Numbered from the stretch's first letter, positions 12,090-25,577 are shown. The stretch: DNA of 64,000 nt from Eledone cirrhosa (GCA_964016885.1 OZ024742.1:117304001-117368000), one strand, 5' to 3'. Notes: a model not told the origin generated them from the letters alone. A program made the numbers and translations.

Positions 12090-12695
12090 TCATCGCTATT
12101 AACCCACAGGACCAAAACACAGACAGATTTATAAAGTACAGTCCCCCTTTACATCATCACCCTTAAGCCACAACACTGATAGATTTATAAAACACAGTCA
12201 CCTTCTACGTTTTCACTATTAGCCTACAGCACAGACCAATGTATAAAGTACAGCCACACTCTACTTCACCACCTTTAACACATTAGCATTTATATTACTC
12301 TATATATACTATTGTATTTTCATAGTAAAGGCTTTATTTCACATAATATCTTACATACTATCAAATCTATGAGACTTTTATTATTGTTTATTTTGAGAAC
12401 AATACCTTAACATCAGTATGAGTCGCCGGTTATGGTTGGTTTGAACAAAAAGAGGTGAGAGAATTCTGGCTGGATATGACCAGTTTAAATGTTAAAGTGT
12501 TATGCCCCAACACTGATAAATTTATAAAACACAGCCACCTTCCACATCATCACTATTAATCCACAACATAGATTTATAAAGTACAGCCACCCTCTACTTC
12601 ACCATCCTTAAGTCACAACACAGACAGATTCATAAAACAGCCATTCTCCACATCATTACTATTAATCCACAACACAGACAAATTTATAAAGTAAA
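12090..12695 (+). repeat. ~58-60-bp minisatellite interrupted by a MITE
   Basis: Repeated caacacagacagatttataaagtacagccaccctctacatcatcactattaa-like units on both sides of 12275-12502. Confidence 0.8.
12275..12502 (-). mobile_element. piggyBac-like MITE (second copy at 45092-45318)
   Basis: Termini ttaacacattagcattta...taaatgttaaagtgtta; the body is the reverse complement of 45092-45318. Confidence 0.65.
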
Positions 12696-12942
12696 TTTTC
12701 ATTATTTATCATACACAACATTCATGGAAATTTGGACTCATACTTATGTGCAAACGGAGTTTTGGTTAAAAATTACATTTCAGGGCAACTTTGTTCCAGG
12801 TACCATCCCACTCTAAGGCCCCTTCTGCAATTAGTTTCTGCTATAACCACAGGTTTATCAATACTTTGTCAGTGAAATTTGATAAACAGAAACTGTGAAG
12901 AAGCTCAATATATATATGTATATATATATTGTAAAGAGGTAG

Positions 12943-13036
12943 TGCCAATGGCTGAACTCCTACCATTTTGAAAGCAAATGGATAACGGAATTATTTGTTC
13001 ATTTTCATCTAATTCCAAACACTATCTCTTCAGGGT
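12943..13036 (-). ncRNA. Highly degenerate hammerhead-like motif related to the 25416 motif, with canonical CUGAAGA core
   Basis: Minus: cc CTGAAGA gatag...gctttc aaaa tggtaggagttcagcca tt ggcac, resembling gtcGAAAcggcttgagctcagctGTCggggt. Confidence 0.35.
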
Positions 13037-13245
13037 CAGGGTCCTAATTTGATTGACATGTGGGGGTAAGTGAAGAAATGGATAAGGTGTGGTTAGGGGA
13101 GGAGGGGGAAATTATCTAGTGAACTTTGGGGGTGGAAGCCTTTAGCCTATAGTCTCAGTGTTGCCTGTCATAGTGTATGTGTGTGTGTAACTGCATGCAC
13201 CCACACTGGAACTTTAATTTATATATTATTCTCCCGAAATGTGCA

Positions 13246-13517
13246 AAACATTAAGACTATTTTCTTGCTATTTCAAGTGTTAAACTAATATATTTCTTCA
13301 ATGTACTGGTCTGTTTGCTTTGTTATTTCTGTTTACTTTTTACACACACGTGTGTGTCATCATCATCTTCGTTTAACGTTCATCTTCCACGCTAGCATGG
13401 GTTAGACATGTATGTGTGTGTAAATAGTAAACAGAAATAACAAAGAAAACAACACAGTACATTGAAGAAATATATCAGTCTAACGTTTGAAACAGCAAGA
13501 AAATAGTCTTAATGTTT
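13246..13517. repeat. Inverted repeat (~105-bp arms) around a short inverted RTE tail
   Basis: aaacattaagactattttcttgct...ctgtttact versus agtaaacag...agcaagaaaatagtcttaatgttt; the spacer 13357-13408 is a reverse RTE tail. Confidence 0.8.
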
Positions 13518-15322
13518 CAGACACTAGACCTTCATCTGAAGATAAATATTGGTTTAATTTTTTAAGCATTGAAGACATTCAAAAATATCTTATTTTTTAT
13601 TGCTGCCACAATGCAAATAAACTAAAATTAGTTGGAGTTTGTTAAACTGTAAATGTAAAAATGTTAATAGTACTACACATCACAATAAGCTACCAGTTAT
13701 TACTCTTTCTCTCTTCAAAGCCACTTCAATGATCCAACATTGCTTTCACTCTCTCTCCTCCCCTACTGACAAGCAACATATAGCTGCCATTGTTACCCAT
13801 CCCACTTCTACCACTGTAAAGTGGTGGTGTTGTCATAATAATATGTATCAAATACACCTTGTAAAGGAGTAGGACTGATGCCATGAAAAAATGCATCCAA
13901 TTCACCCTGTAAAGTGGTAGTGCTGGTGTTACAATAAATTGCAGACAGTATATGCTGTAAAATTGTTAGCTTTAAAAAGGCCTCCAACTGTAGAAGCTAT
14001 GCCAAAATGGAATATATGTGCAAGCTGTGTTTATCTGAGCTCTCTAGTCTCAAGACATGACAATCTGCCCAACCCATGCTAGCAGGAACATAAATGCTAA
14101 AAGGAACATAAACGATGGTGATGAGAGGCCTGAGGAAAATTTGTTCTCCTTCATATCTACAGTTGGGGTCAACTGATTCTACCACTTTGCTATATCTATA
14201 GTAGATTCCACTTAAGACACCAAACAGCAAGGTAAGGGTTTTAATCCAGATATAAGAATAAATTATTATTATATAATTGTTTCTACATTTGGCACAAGGC
14301 CAGCAATTACCCAGTGCATTACTGGTACTTTATTTTATCGACCCCGTAAGGATGAAAGGCAAAATTATATAATCCTGAACATTTACCCCAGTAAAATGCT
14401 GGAAGTGAATTAACCTAAAGACTAAATTAATTATTTTTCCTTTGAAATAACAATACAGCAAGCACATCACCAAGTTCAAAGTCTGGATATAGAGAAAATG
14501 TTTGATGGGTATGTGGGGAATAAATACAAAATTTTAAGACATTTAATGCATTTTGAATTAAAAATGTTCAGAATTTAATTGTTTTATTAAATTAATTATA
14601 TTAAACACTTAAGGTGAATTTTAGTAAGAAAATATTTCCAATTGCAATGTAAATAGTTTGTTTTTATCATTTCCGAATTGTAAACTAATAGTTTCTTTGT
14701 TAAATTTAATTATGTGTAATTTGAAAAATATTTGTTCTAGACAAACAGAAGAGCCAAAAACACAAAACCAAACCAAAATAAATAGATAAATAAAAATAAT
14801 GATAATAATAATAATCATTATTATAATCCTTTTCAGACAATTAAAAATACCATTCTGTCTGGCAAGACAGCACAATATATATTATGTCTACAGATATATC
14901 GAACATTGTTTTGCCAAATACAGACTAATGAATATATTTTAATGTGAGGAAGTAATTTAATTATTATAGAAGAAAAAAAATGATAAATGAAATCTTACAA
15001 GCGCTTTTTAACAAAAAGTATTGATTTATTTATTTTTGTTTCAATATTTATCTAATAACCTACAAAAAACAGAGAAAATTGAAGGGAAAAGAAAAGATAA
15101 GCAAGAAGGGAATAATAATTCTAAAGTCTGAAAATGTGAGTGAAAATACAAAAACAGGTTATTAATATTTAAAATTAATGAGTATCTATCAGCCATCCCT
15201 TACAAATCAGTGCCAGATCATTTTTCATTAAAACAAATGATTGTCAAATATTTTCTTAGAGTTATGTAAAACATCAGTATATCTATATAATTTTTCAAAC
15301 TATTAATTTCAACTTTAGAGAT

Positions 15323-15330
<8 letters not shown>

Positions 15331-15416
<86 letters not shown>
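15331..15416. repeat. (GT)n microsatellite
   Basis: Directly visible. Confidence 0.98.
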
Positions 15417-15419
<3 letters not shown>

Positions 15420-18400
15420 ATATCATCATCATTTAACTTCTGTCTTCCCTGCTAGCAAGAGTTGGATAGGTCTTCACAGACCAAGTCAGGTTGTCATGCT
15501 TTTAATACAACTTACAATTCCATGCAACCCTTTTTGGCACAGTTTCTACAGGAAGATGCACTTCTTATTGCAAACCACCTTATAGGGTATATTAGGTGCA
15601 TTGTTTTTATGGAGCCAACACTAGACAAATTGTTGGCCATTGACTCAACTGAGGAACCCTCTCTATCCTATGGGGAGTGGGGAAGAATGATAAGTATGTT
15701 ATATTTGTATGATGAGCATATTGGAATTTGACAGAATGATGAGTGAGATGGAGAGCGATCTCTGATAGTTTGGAAGTGTTACTGTGATGATAGCAGCTAT
15801 TAGGGTGTTATGACTGGTGGTGATGTAAAGATCTAAGAATAACTAAGGAGTGAAGTATGAATAGAGTGGATATGTCCAGTCTTGGTATTTAACTCTAAAT
15901 TATTCACTTGAAACAAGAAAACCCTTCTGTTAGTTTAGTTCAGTTCTCAGGCATTAGTGACAGTTAGCAAGTCTTACTCTGGAAGAGAAGCTTCCTGTAT
16001 TCAACTTTAATAAAATCACAATATACATTGAATTGTGAAGAAACAAAAATATTGATAAATTTTATAGGTAATATTTCAATATCTATGTTGAAGATATGAC
16101 ACCCTCTCTCGTGTTGGTGCCATAAAAAACATCCAGTACACTCTGCAAAGTGGTTATTGATTGAATAGAAACAATGCAGAGTAGAGAGGACTCTTTAGTG
16201 CTGATGCTATGATAAAACATACACAATACACTCTATAAAGAGGTTGCCATTAGTAAGGCATCCAACAATAGAAACCTTTCTAAAAATGGAATACATAAGT
16301 ATAATGCAGTCATCAGCGTGACACATCTAGAGGACAGTACACTCCAAATAAGAACTAACCTGCATGGAGGTAGACATAAACAAATGCCAGTGTCATTTTT
16401 TTCTGCTGCATGATAGATACTTTCTTTAATGTGAACACAAGACAACCCAGTGTAATTAAATATCTCATTTGAAACATTTTCTTTGAATTTGCAAACACAT
16501 TATTATCTTCACTACACCTGAGTATTCTAAGCATTGTATTGCAATTGTCACTTGTAAATGCAGCACATTTTTCAAAGAAACCACTTTTCTCTAGAGTTTC
16601 CTATAAACGATTAGTGACTGTGTTTGCAGTGTCATTATGTGTGTTCTTTAACTCAATCAGTTTTGACTGTAAACCACAATTTTTCCAGCCAAAGTACTAA
16701 ATAATTACAGAAAATGGCTTTATTAAATTGTGGTTACTTCCATCTGTAGCAATTCCACAATATGCTATCTCATTTTCTTCCCATTAACAGAATGCAATGC
16801 AGATACAGAATTACCAATTGCTCCTTCTATATTTTGGTTTAGTTTTGTTGTTGTTGTTGTTTTTTATTTGAGAACTAAAAAAACTTGCTACCTTAAAATC
16901 AGAGAAAATCATTTTAACCAAGACAGTTTAATAGTCGATGGTTATAAAACTATTCTGATGCTTAACAGTGTGAAATGCATAAATACCCCCTGCTGCAGTG
17001 ACAGTATCTTCTGTTTTTACTACCTTGTTTAACAAAATATCTATGTTTCATCAATGAACACACTCCTTAAATAGCTTTCTTGTGTTACTGGAGTTGACAT
17101 GTGGTTGCAAATCATTAATACCAATACTTACCACAAAGATGTACATTTCTAGTTTGCTTCCTAAACACTGGGAGTTTAGTCTACAATGCTATAGTGATCT
17201 CAGATTTATAGTACCATTTTATGCTTTGAAAACGTATAAACCATAAGAACTAGCTGCGATAACAAGTTGTACTGTTATATCACTATAGAGTATTAATTCC
17301 CATCCAAGTGTACTTAGGATTTATTGGCTAAAAATAATGAACTTTTTTAACACCAAAATAGGACAAAGAAGCTTTTGAAAATAAGTAATTATTTCAATAT
17401 TTTATTGATATCAATCATTAAATTGTCACCATGCTAGAATTCAAGGTTATATTCAATTATAGCAACTTCAGTATTTGACTGGCACTTTTTTCATTGACAG
17501 AATGTACAGAGAAACAAGCAAATACCACAAAATATTTTGTCATGTTATCTATTGGTTATGCCATCCAAATTAACCATCATAACAAGCCTTTGGAGTGAGC
17601 CACTGTCTATTTACTTTACTTGCTAGAAATAGCAGTCAAGTTTCCCTGAACTCTTAAAAGAGGTAAAGAATGGTTGCTTTTGCTCTAGATTATTATGCTT
17701 GAATATAAGGTGGGGTGATCATATTTTGGCAATTTTGATAGTAGGTCTACTTGATCAGAGATATGCATCATCATCATTCATGCAGTAGTAGATAGTTACA
17801 ATCCTCCTCCACCCTTTGGAGCTTTCATAATCAATTGTGATTTGCTAATTGGGGGATTAGCCTTGGCCATTGGTGAGATTTTAATTCTTAGATGAAATAT
17901 GAATACTTAGTCATAACAGTCATAACAGATCTCATGAAATGCTCTAATATTTGTAACAATCTACCACCTCTTGAGTGGAACTTTATCAACCCTGATAGAT
18001 TGAAACACAAAGTTGACCTTTAATAGATTTGAACTCAATGCAGAAAGCCAGAATAAATATCACAGAGCATTTAATTAGGCTCCCTGCCAACTTGCTGACC
18101 TTTGGCTAAACATTAACAGTGATAAAATTTGCTTCTACATTTCTTAATTTTCAGTTCCCTGTAAATTTTTTCCCACATTTGGTATTACAGTAAAATTAAC
18201 ATATCTCACTTTGTGTCAAAGATAATTAGAAATATTGACATAAAGTATAAAATATAACTTATTCATAATTAGTCATTATTAAGGCTTCTCAGAGAGCATT
18301 TTACAAAGTGGGTCAAGAATGCTTTTGAATCTAGCTGGTGGGAATATTATTGACAGGCCTCTCTTTGGCTCTCTGATGCACTGGCTAAACCTTCCTTTTA

Positions 18401-18519
18401 GAGGCCCTGGTCATCATATAGCATCTAACTAAGCCATTCAATGAGCATAGAGAATAAAGAACCAACCTAGATATTTTATCCTGGCCTACTTCCTCATTTT
18501 TCTTCATTGAAATTTCAAT

Positions 18520-19007
18520 ACAACGATAATAAAGTAAGGAGTGCAGGACTGCATCCAGAATATACTTTTTTATCCCGTTTGTAAAATAAGTTGGATTACT
18601 TTGAATAAATAATGAATGAATATTACATAATGTATCTACTAAATTTCGTTATTCTTGATTAAACATAAATAATTTTGTTGGTTATTTTAAGATTCACTTC
18701 TTTAAAATTTGCATATGTCAACACTTCCGGTTAGCGATTGCTTAAATACACATTCAGATATTCCCTCGCTAATTTTCTCCTAATGCAGTTTATATATAAT
18801 ATCGTTTTTTTTAATGTATCATGGATTACGTTACTGATTACAGTAGACAGTGTAATGCAGTCTTCATTCAATTTCTATCTATTATATATTGTCAATTACG
18901 ATTTTATTTGATGTATCATATCTACATGCATATATACTTGCATATAATATCCATATAGACACTACACATGCTAGCAGAAAACCACCCGAAGTGTGATTTT
19001 CTGCTAG
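18520..19007 (+). mobile_element. Non-autonomous Helitron-like element
   Basis: About 430 bp shared with 52960-53395; ends in hairpin ctagcagaaaaccac-ccgaa-gtgtgattttctgCTAG|T. The 52951 copy supplies a TC 5' end. Confidence 0.7.
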
Positions 19008-20355
19008 TAAATATAACTATATATTTCACCATATTATAACCAATGAAAACCACCAGAGAGAGAATGATAAGTAACATAACAAAATACACTCTTCTACATT
19101 AAAAAGACATACCTTACCTTAATACAAAACTATATATAAAAATGTATATACCTTAGAAAATGACGTAACAAAATAGAGCAAGTACTTCAAAAAAGACATT
19201 ATGCATAAATAATAGTGTATACATCAAAAAGAAACTATAGAAGAGAATGGTCTTTATCATTATCATCATATTTAGTTGCACATTTTCCATGCTGGCATGT
19301 ATTTTTATGAGACTGTTTTTAGAGGTATTTCTATTGTAGGATACCCTCCATTATACCATCTTATAGTTTGTTTATAAGCATAGTACGTACTGCTTCACTG
19401 TGGTTTATATTGTTTATGTGGAACATAATCACCAGCACTTTTTTTAAACATTGTTGAGATGGTAAAGTAAGACATGCACACACAGAAACACACAGACATA
19501 AAAATATATATATATTTGAATGTGTGTGTAACTATATTATGAATGAGCTAAGATATTTCAAACATATATCTTATTTCATAAATGTTCCCTGTTCTGCCTT
19601 TTAAAATGTTCAAATATATAACTTTAGCATCATACTCTCACTCTCCTTCTCTCTCTTTCTCCCTTGAACATTGATGGCGTGGTCTCTTTCTCTCTTTCCA
19701 TCATAATCAGTATTGTCTTACATTCTCACACACACCCCATTCATCTCATTTCACCTTAACAAAATAACAATCTGACCAATGACAGACAGATTTTACAAAT
19801 AAATTATTTCAATAAGTTATTTCAATGATGTTATATCTTATTTCATAAATGTTCCCTGCTCTGCCTTTAAAAATGTTCAACTACATTACCCTAGCGTATT
19901 CCTCCACCATCAAACACCCACCCCTTTTCTATCACCTTCCGGTCCACCATCTTCTACTCCAATACTTTTCAGACATCACACCTCCTTTCCACCATCTTTT
20001 GCTGTTTAGGAGAGCAGTGATTCTAAGTAAAATAAGAATGCACAGAACATATGTTGAGCTTTCTAAACCATTTAGAAGGCAGACCATCTAGGATGGGTGA
20101 GACCCCAATTAAAAACGACTGCTTGAGGCAGATGTGGGCCCTGTAGCTGTGAATGAAGGCCTAGGAGGGCAATAACAGCAATTTGAAAATGTGATAGGAA
20201 GGGCATCCAGCCAAAACATATATGATGTAATAATGCAGTTGATTATTTGTCTTATGTAACTAGCTTTCTGTGTGTATTTTGTGCTAACACAATAAATATA
20301 AAAATATACGACAGGCTTCTTGTCAGTTTCCATCTACTAAATCCACTCACAAAGT

Positions 20356-20548
20356 AATAATTGTTTTTACTTTTTTGGCACAAGGCCACCAATTACCCAG
20401 TGTATTACTGGTACTTTATTTTATCGACCCCGTAAGGATGAAAGGCAAAGTTAACCTCAGCGGGATTTGAACTCAGATCATAAAGGGACGTAACTCTATG
20501 CTCCAAAGCATGGTGTCTGACTCTCTACCAATACTGCCAATCCACCGC
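20356..20548 (-). mobile_element. Meta-domain SINE with ~22-bp TSD, nested in an older SINE
   Basis: aatccactcacaaagtaataat / aatccactcataaagtaataat flank the element; the host SINE continues on both sides (20305-20350, 20570-20660). Confidence 0.85.
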
Positions 20549-21959
20549 CAATCCACTCATAAAGTAATAATGATTCCCCAAGGTATAGTATAGAAGATAC
20601 AGTGTGCCACAGGATGGAACTCAAATCCATGTGCAAGTGAAGCAAAACTTTTAGCCATACTTTTGCAATAATTATACCTATATATATTGTAAATAAATAT
20701 TATAACAATTAAAGATATTGTACATAATAATTAATGATGAACTATATAGTAAAATGGATGTGGTACTTTAGAGACAAATAAGATTACAAAAAAGACTTTG
20801 TACTGTAAAGAAAACATTTCTTTTGGTTATAGCAGTCCACTGTATCTATTCCTCTCCAAAACTCTTGTTCTCTGACCCTCTGATCAAAAAGGAGATATGA
20901 AAGATATCAAAACTCTAAAGGCCAATCAGTTTATTATCCCAATTATAGATTTACATCAGAATCATTCAAAACTGAATGGGAAATTATTTGGACAAGGATT
21001 ACCCAAGGAAACAGGCAGGTTTCAGAAAGAAAATCTCCAGAACAAGTTGTTTTCTTTCTATAAATCAAGTCAAATGAGAATCCACAAGACCTTAGCATAG
21101 CCTTTGAAATAGCCTTTGACTCTATAGCACATAAATCCTTCCTTGGTCCCCCTCATCCCAATATGTATAAATCAAACTTATGTTGACATTTGTAAAGAGA
21201 AACTATAAACATAAAATTCATAAAATACATTATTTACCTTATGTCAACAACAGTTGTATATAATATACATAAGATATTTAACAATTGTTTCTAATATAGA
21301 GACAAGGCCAAAAATATTTGAAGGGGAGTTGATTAAACCAAACAGTACTTGACTAGTACTTTATTCTATTAATCCATGAAGGAAGAAAAGGAAAATTTAC
21401 TTTGGAAAGATTTGAACTCAGAATATAAAGGGTTGTAACTAAACACGGCAAGATATTTTGTCCGATGTTTCGTCAATTCAACCAATTCACTGCCTTAACT
21501 TTATATATACTTAGTAATGATTTCTTTATAAGATGCCATGCCAAGTTCCAGGTTAATGTAATAAAATTTATGGCACCAGTTTGTCTATGAATATTACATA
21601 ACTTAGTTTATTTTATTTAAAAGCCTCTTGTATTTCATAATAGCAATAAGGATCAATGCAGACTACATGTTAACAAAGCAATTTTGTTAATATTTTTCCT
21701 TTGAGTGATTTATTGATTTGTCTGTATCAGACCCACCGGAAAACCTGTTAGGTATGCAATTTGATCTTCTTACATTTCTATTGAGGGTGGAAAAGGTTGA
21801 ACACTTTAATTTGACTTCTTTAATTGATGCAGACAAAATGGGATAATAGATGAAATATCAAAATGGTTGGTCTCATTTGATACTGTTGGGTTTGTTTTGA
21901 TATTCCATTTTCTTTTCTTTTCACCCCAAATCAACATTACAGACAGTATCGACAATCTC

Positions 21960-22240
21960 GAGCCAATGAAGGAGCCTATATGTGCTCACACGACCTGCTA
22001 GAAATAGCAACCAAATCACCTTCAAATTAACCCCAAATATTTTAAACAAAGAGGAACATGAGCCAGTGAGGGATATTCAGTATGGTTTCTCACCCTGTTA
22101 GAAATGACAGCCATATCACCCTCAAAACAAATCAAGTCATCTTAAACAAAGAAGTCCATAGTCAGTGAGAGATTTGTGTGATTGCTTGCTCTGCTAAAAT
22201 AGTAAACAAATCCCCTTCAAATCACACCCCACCATCCTAA
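21960..22240 (+). repeat. Three diverged ~90-bp tandem copies of an interspersed ctgctagaaatagcagccaaatc repeat
   Basis: Motif at about 21995, 22096 and 22191; single copies at 17620, 29370, 29620(-), 34320(-) and 63560. Confidence 0.65.
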
Positions 22241-22779
22241 GATTGTACAGGATGCATATTATCCTGGCATCAGCACTACATACTACTTACAAAGTGTATT
22301 GGGTGCATATTTATTGTAGCATCAGCATTATAGTAACAGTTGTGTCTTCAGGAGGGCAGAGAGAGGCAGTGATGAAGTAGAGGAAGTAGGTGGGAAGGGG
22401 AGCATAATGGAAGTGACACTAATGTGGGGTGACAGCTGAGAGTTAGCATTCAAAGAGGGAAAGAGAGAGGTTAAGATAGATTATTGGGTAGTGGAAATAG
22501 CTTTGAAGAGAAGAAACAAAGGCTGGCAGCTAAGAATATGTGTATGGTGGTGAGGAGAGGATAGATTTATAAATCTGATGGACATATGCAACACTCTGTA
22601 TGTGGTCAGCAACAGTCCTATACGAATAAGACATGGTCACCTGACCCAACTTGCCTCTAATTGGACAACCCGTCTAACCCATGCTAGTGTGGAATATGGA
22701 CATTAAATGATGATGATGATAATGATGATATACATATATATGTATAATCGTCATTGTTTTTATATTCACTTTTCCATGA

Positions 22780-23062
22780 TGGCATATGTCTGCCTACTGA
22801 TAAGGGTGTTGGTTTTCTGATCATGTTGGAGGTTCCATTCCTGGAATGGCTTGTGTGTTGTGTTCTTGAAAAAACACTTCAATTCATGTTGTTCCAATTT
22901 ACTCAGCTGAAAATGAGTACCAGTAAATACTGGGGAACTTAACTCTGCAATGAATTGACATTTTGTCCAGGGGGAAGTCTTGTACTCTCAGTTGTTTCAC
23001 GTCATGGAAACCATGAAAAGCACTGCTCTGAGGAGCCTGTGGGCTCGAAACAGACTTTAGAC
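22780..23062 (+). mobile_element. Old tRNA-derived SINE (MESC/Nin-like central domain)
   Basis: Degenerate A/B boxes, tgtgttgtgttcttga...ttcc.atttactcagctgaaaatgagtacc core, gagcc-tgtg-ggctc hairpin and agacttt tail. Confidence 0.65.
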
Positions 23063-23435
23063 TTTTTTTTAGATGTGTTGGATGGGACATTATTAGGTAA
23101 TGTTTCACAGCTGGATGCTCTTCTTGATGTTGCTTCATATGACATGGAGGATTACAGTGTAACTATTCTAAACTGTATACAGATGGTTTATATATATATA
23201 TATGTATGTATACTTCTGATAGAGTCGTAGGGATGCCATATGTCAATACAGTGTTTCTTCAGCATTTAAGCCTAGCAGATCCCATTCCCCTCTAGGCCTG
23301 AGTACAGCAAATTTCTTCCAGAGAGAGGAAGAATTAACCCCAGTGCTAGACTAGTACTTTTTTTATCGACCTCGAAAGGATGAAAGGCAAAGCTGGCTTT
23401 GGCGGGATTTGAACTCAGAGAATTAGAACAAATAC

Positions 23436-23794
<359 letters not shown>

Positions 23795-23989
23795 ATACTT
23801 GGGGAGGGTCATATTTGTGTAATATTCCCAGAATTAATAACAGAACACACTCACTGTTTGGTTGGTTTTCGCTTTTCGATTCTGTGTCTTTTATATCGGT
23901 AATCTAATTTATTCGGTCCTCAATGTTGCCATTGACTGACCAACGGTCAAAAATAATACAGATACAATATAGACACAAACACATATATA

Positions 23990-24042
23990 TAGTTTATCAA
24001 AGTTCTTTCGTTGCACATCTGCAACATCGTCAGTGGTGCTAT
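23990..24042 (-). ncRNA. Minimal hammerhead-like motif with canonical core
   Basis: Minus: tagcacca CTGACGA t GTTGCA gatg TGCAAC GAAA g aa c TT tgat. Perfect 6-bp stem II, minimal stem III, stem I partly mismatched. Confidence 0.5.
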
Positions 24043-24194
24043 TGTTTCTTCCCGTTGCATTGTATTTTCTACGCCATCTTTATTTAGTCTGTTTATATAT
24101 ATATATATATATATATAACGAAGGAAATGTGGTAAGGAACCAGGTGGACCATAACGCACCAAAGTACTCAATACTTGAGGTAGTAGAGTGGGTA

Positions 24195-25141
24195 ATAGGA
24201 ACCAGTAAGACCCCGACAGCTGAGCTCAAGCCGTTTCGACGGCTAATTCTGGACTAAATGAAAATTTATCCTGGTATTTAAATAGCCGATCTTCTCAAGG
24301 GGTAATTCCATATATGGTCAAAGTGATTGTCAAAAATCAGTAGTAATTCTGTGGTTGCAAATTAGTAGGGGAGATGGTGGCTAAACCTGCCAGTAGGAGA
24401 AAGAGGGGAGGGGGTGGAGTAGACCCAATCAAGCGTTGGTAGTGCCAGCTACAGCTGGGCATGAGGTCAAAGAAGATACAGGGGAGGGGGAGGGGGAGGA
24501 AGTCGGAACGGTAGGTAGAACAATGGGGGGTAGAAATAGGAAAGAAAAAAAAAAAAAAAAAAAATACTGAGAGTGAAGAAAGGCAAATAAGTGTAAAGAA
24601 AAGTAAAGTAAATTAAATTCTACGACCTAGGTGTCAGGCTATTGTATGGCGAGAATAAAATAAAGAAAGAAAGAAAGAAGTAAAAAAATAAATAAATGAA
24701 TAAATAAGGAAATAAGTAAGAGAACTAGGTGGGACGGATAAGGCAAGGACCCTTTTAAGAGGTATAAGTACGTAAATGATACGGTGACGGGTCACAAAAG
24801 GGGCCAAGATACTAAAGGGACTACCACAAAATAAACAATAAAGGTTTCCATCCCGGGATGGAAACCTTTATTGTTTATTTCGTGGTAGTCCCTTTAGTAT
24901 CTTGGCCCCTTTTGTGACCCGTCACCGTATCATTTACGTACTTATACCTCTTAAAAGGGTCCTTGCCTTATCCGTCCCACCTAGTTCTCTTACTTATTTC
25001 CTTATTTATTCATTTATTTATTTTTTTACTTCTTTCTTTCTTTCTTTATTTTATTCTCGCCATACAATAGCCTGACACCTAGGTCGTAGAATTTAATTTA
25101 CTTTACTTTTCTTTACACTTATTTGCCTTTCTTCACTCTCA

Positions 25142-25174
<33 letters not shown>

Positions 25175-25519
25175 CTTTCCTATTTCTACCCCCCATTGTT
25201 CTACCTACCGTTCCGACTTCCTCCCCCTCCCCCTCCCCTGTATCTTCTTTGACCTCATGCCCAGCTGTAGCTGGCACTACCAACGCTTGATTGGGTCTAC
25301 TCCACCCCCTCCCCTCTTTCTCCTACTGGCAGGTTTAGCCACCATCTCCCCTACTAATTTGCAACCACAGAATTACTACTGATTTTTGACAATCACTTTG
25401 ACCATATATGGAATTACCCCTTGAGAAGATCGGCTATTTAAATACCAGGATAAATTTTCATTTAGTCCAGAATTAGCCGTCGAAACGGCTTGAGCTCAGC
25501 TGTCGGGGTCTTACTGGTT

Positions 25520-25524
<5 letters not shown>
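24195..25524. repeat. 1.33-kb spacerless near-perfect palindrome
   Basis: Centre tccatccc|gggatgga at 24854/24855. Arms differ by one visible substitution and by the A20 versus T30 run length. Confidence 0.96.
25416..25509 (+). ncRNA. Type I hammerhead-ribozyme-like motif, U3-A8 variant (mirror copy at about 24210-24303 on minus)
   Basis: Stem I ACCCC/GGGGT; core TTGAGAA; stem II GA(T)CGGCTA...TAGCCGTC; GAAA; stem III ACGGCT...AGCTGT around palindromic TGAGCTCA; GTC triplet at 25502-25504. Confidence 0.7.

Positions 25525-25577
<53 letters not shown>

Noticed and set aside
12090-12695. Regularly spaced repeats resembling a CRISPR array
   Set aside because: Whole units are homologous (no unique spacers), the context is eukaryotic, and there are no cas genes.
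23022-23060. CTGAGGAGCC-TGTG-GGCTCGAAAC resembling a hammerhead core
   Set aside because: The spacing does not allow both a full CUGANGA and a stem II closing directly on GAAA, stems I and III are missing, and it matches an ordinary SINE 3' hairpin.
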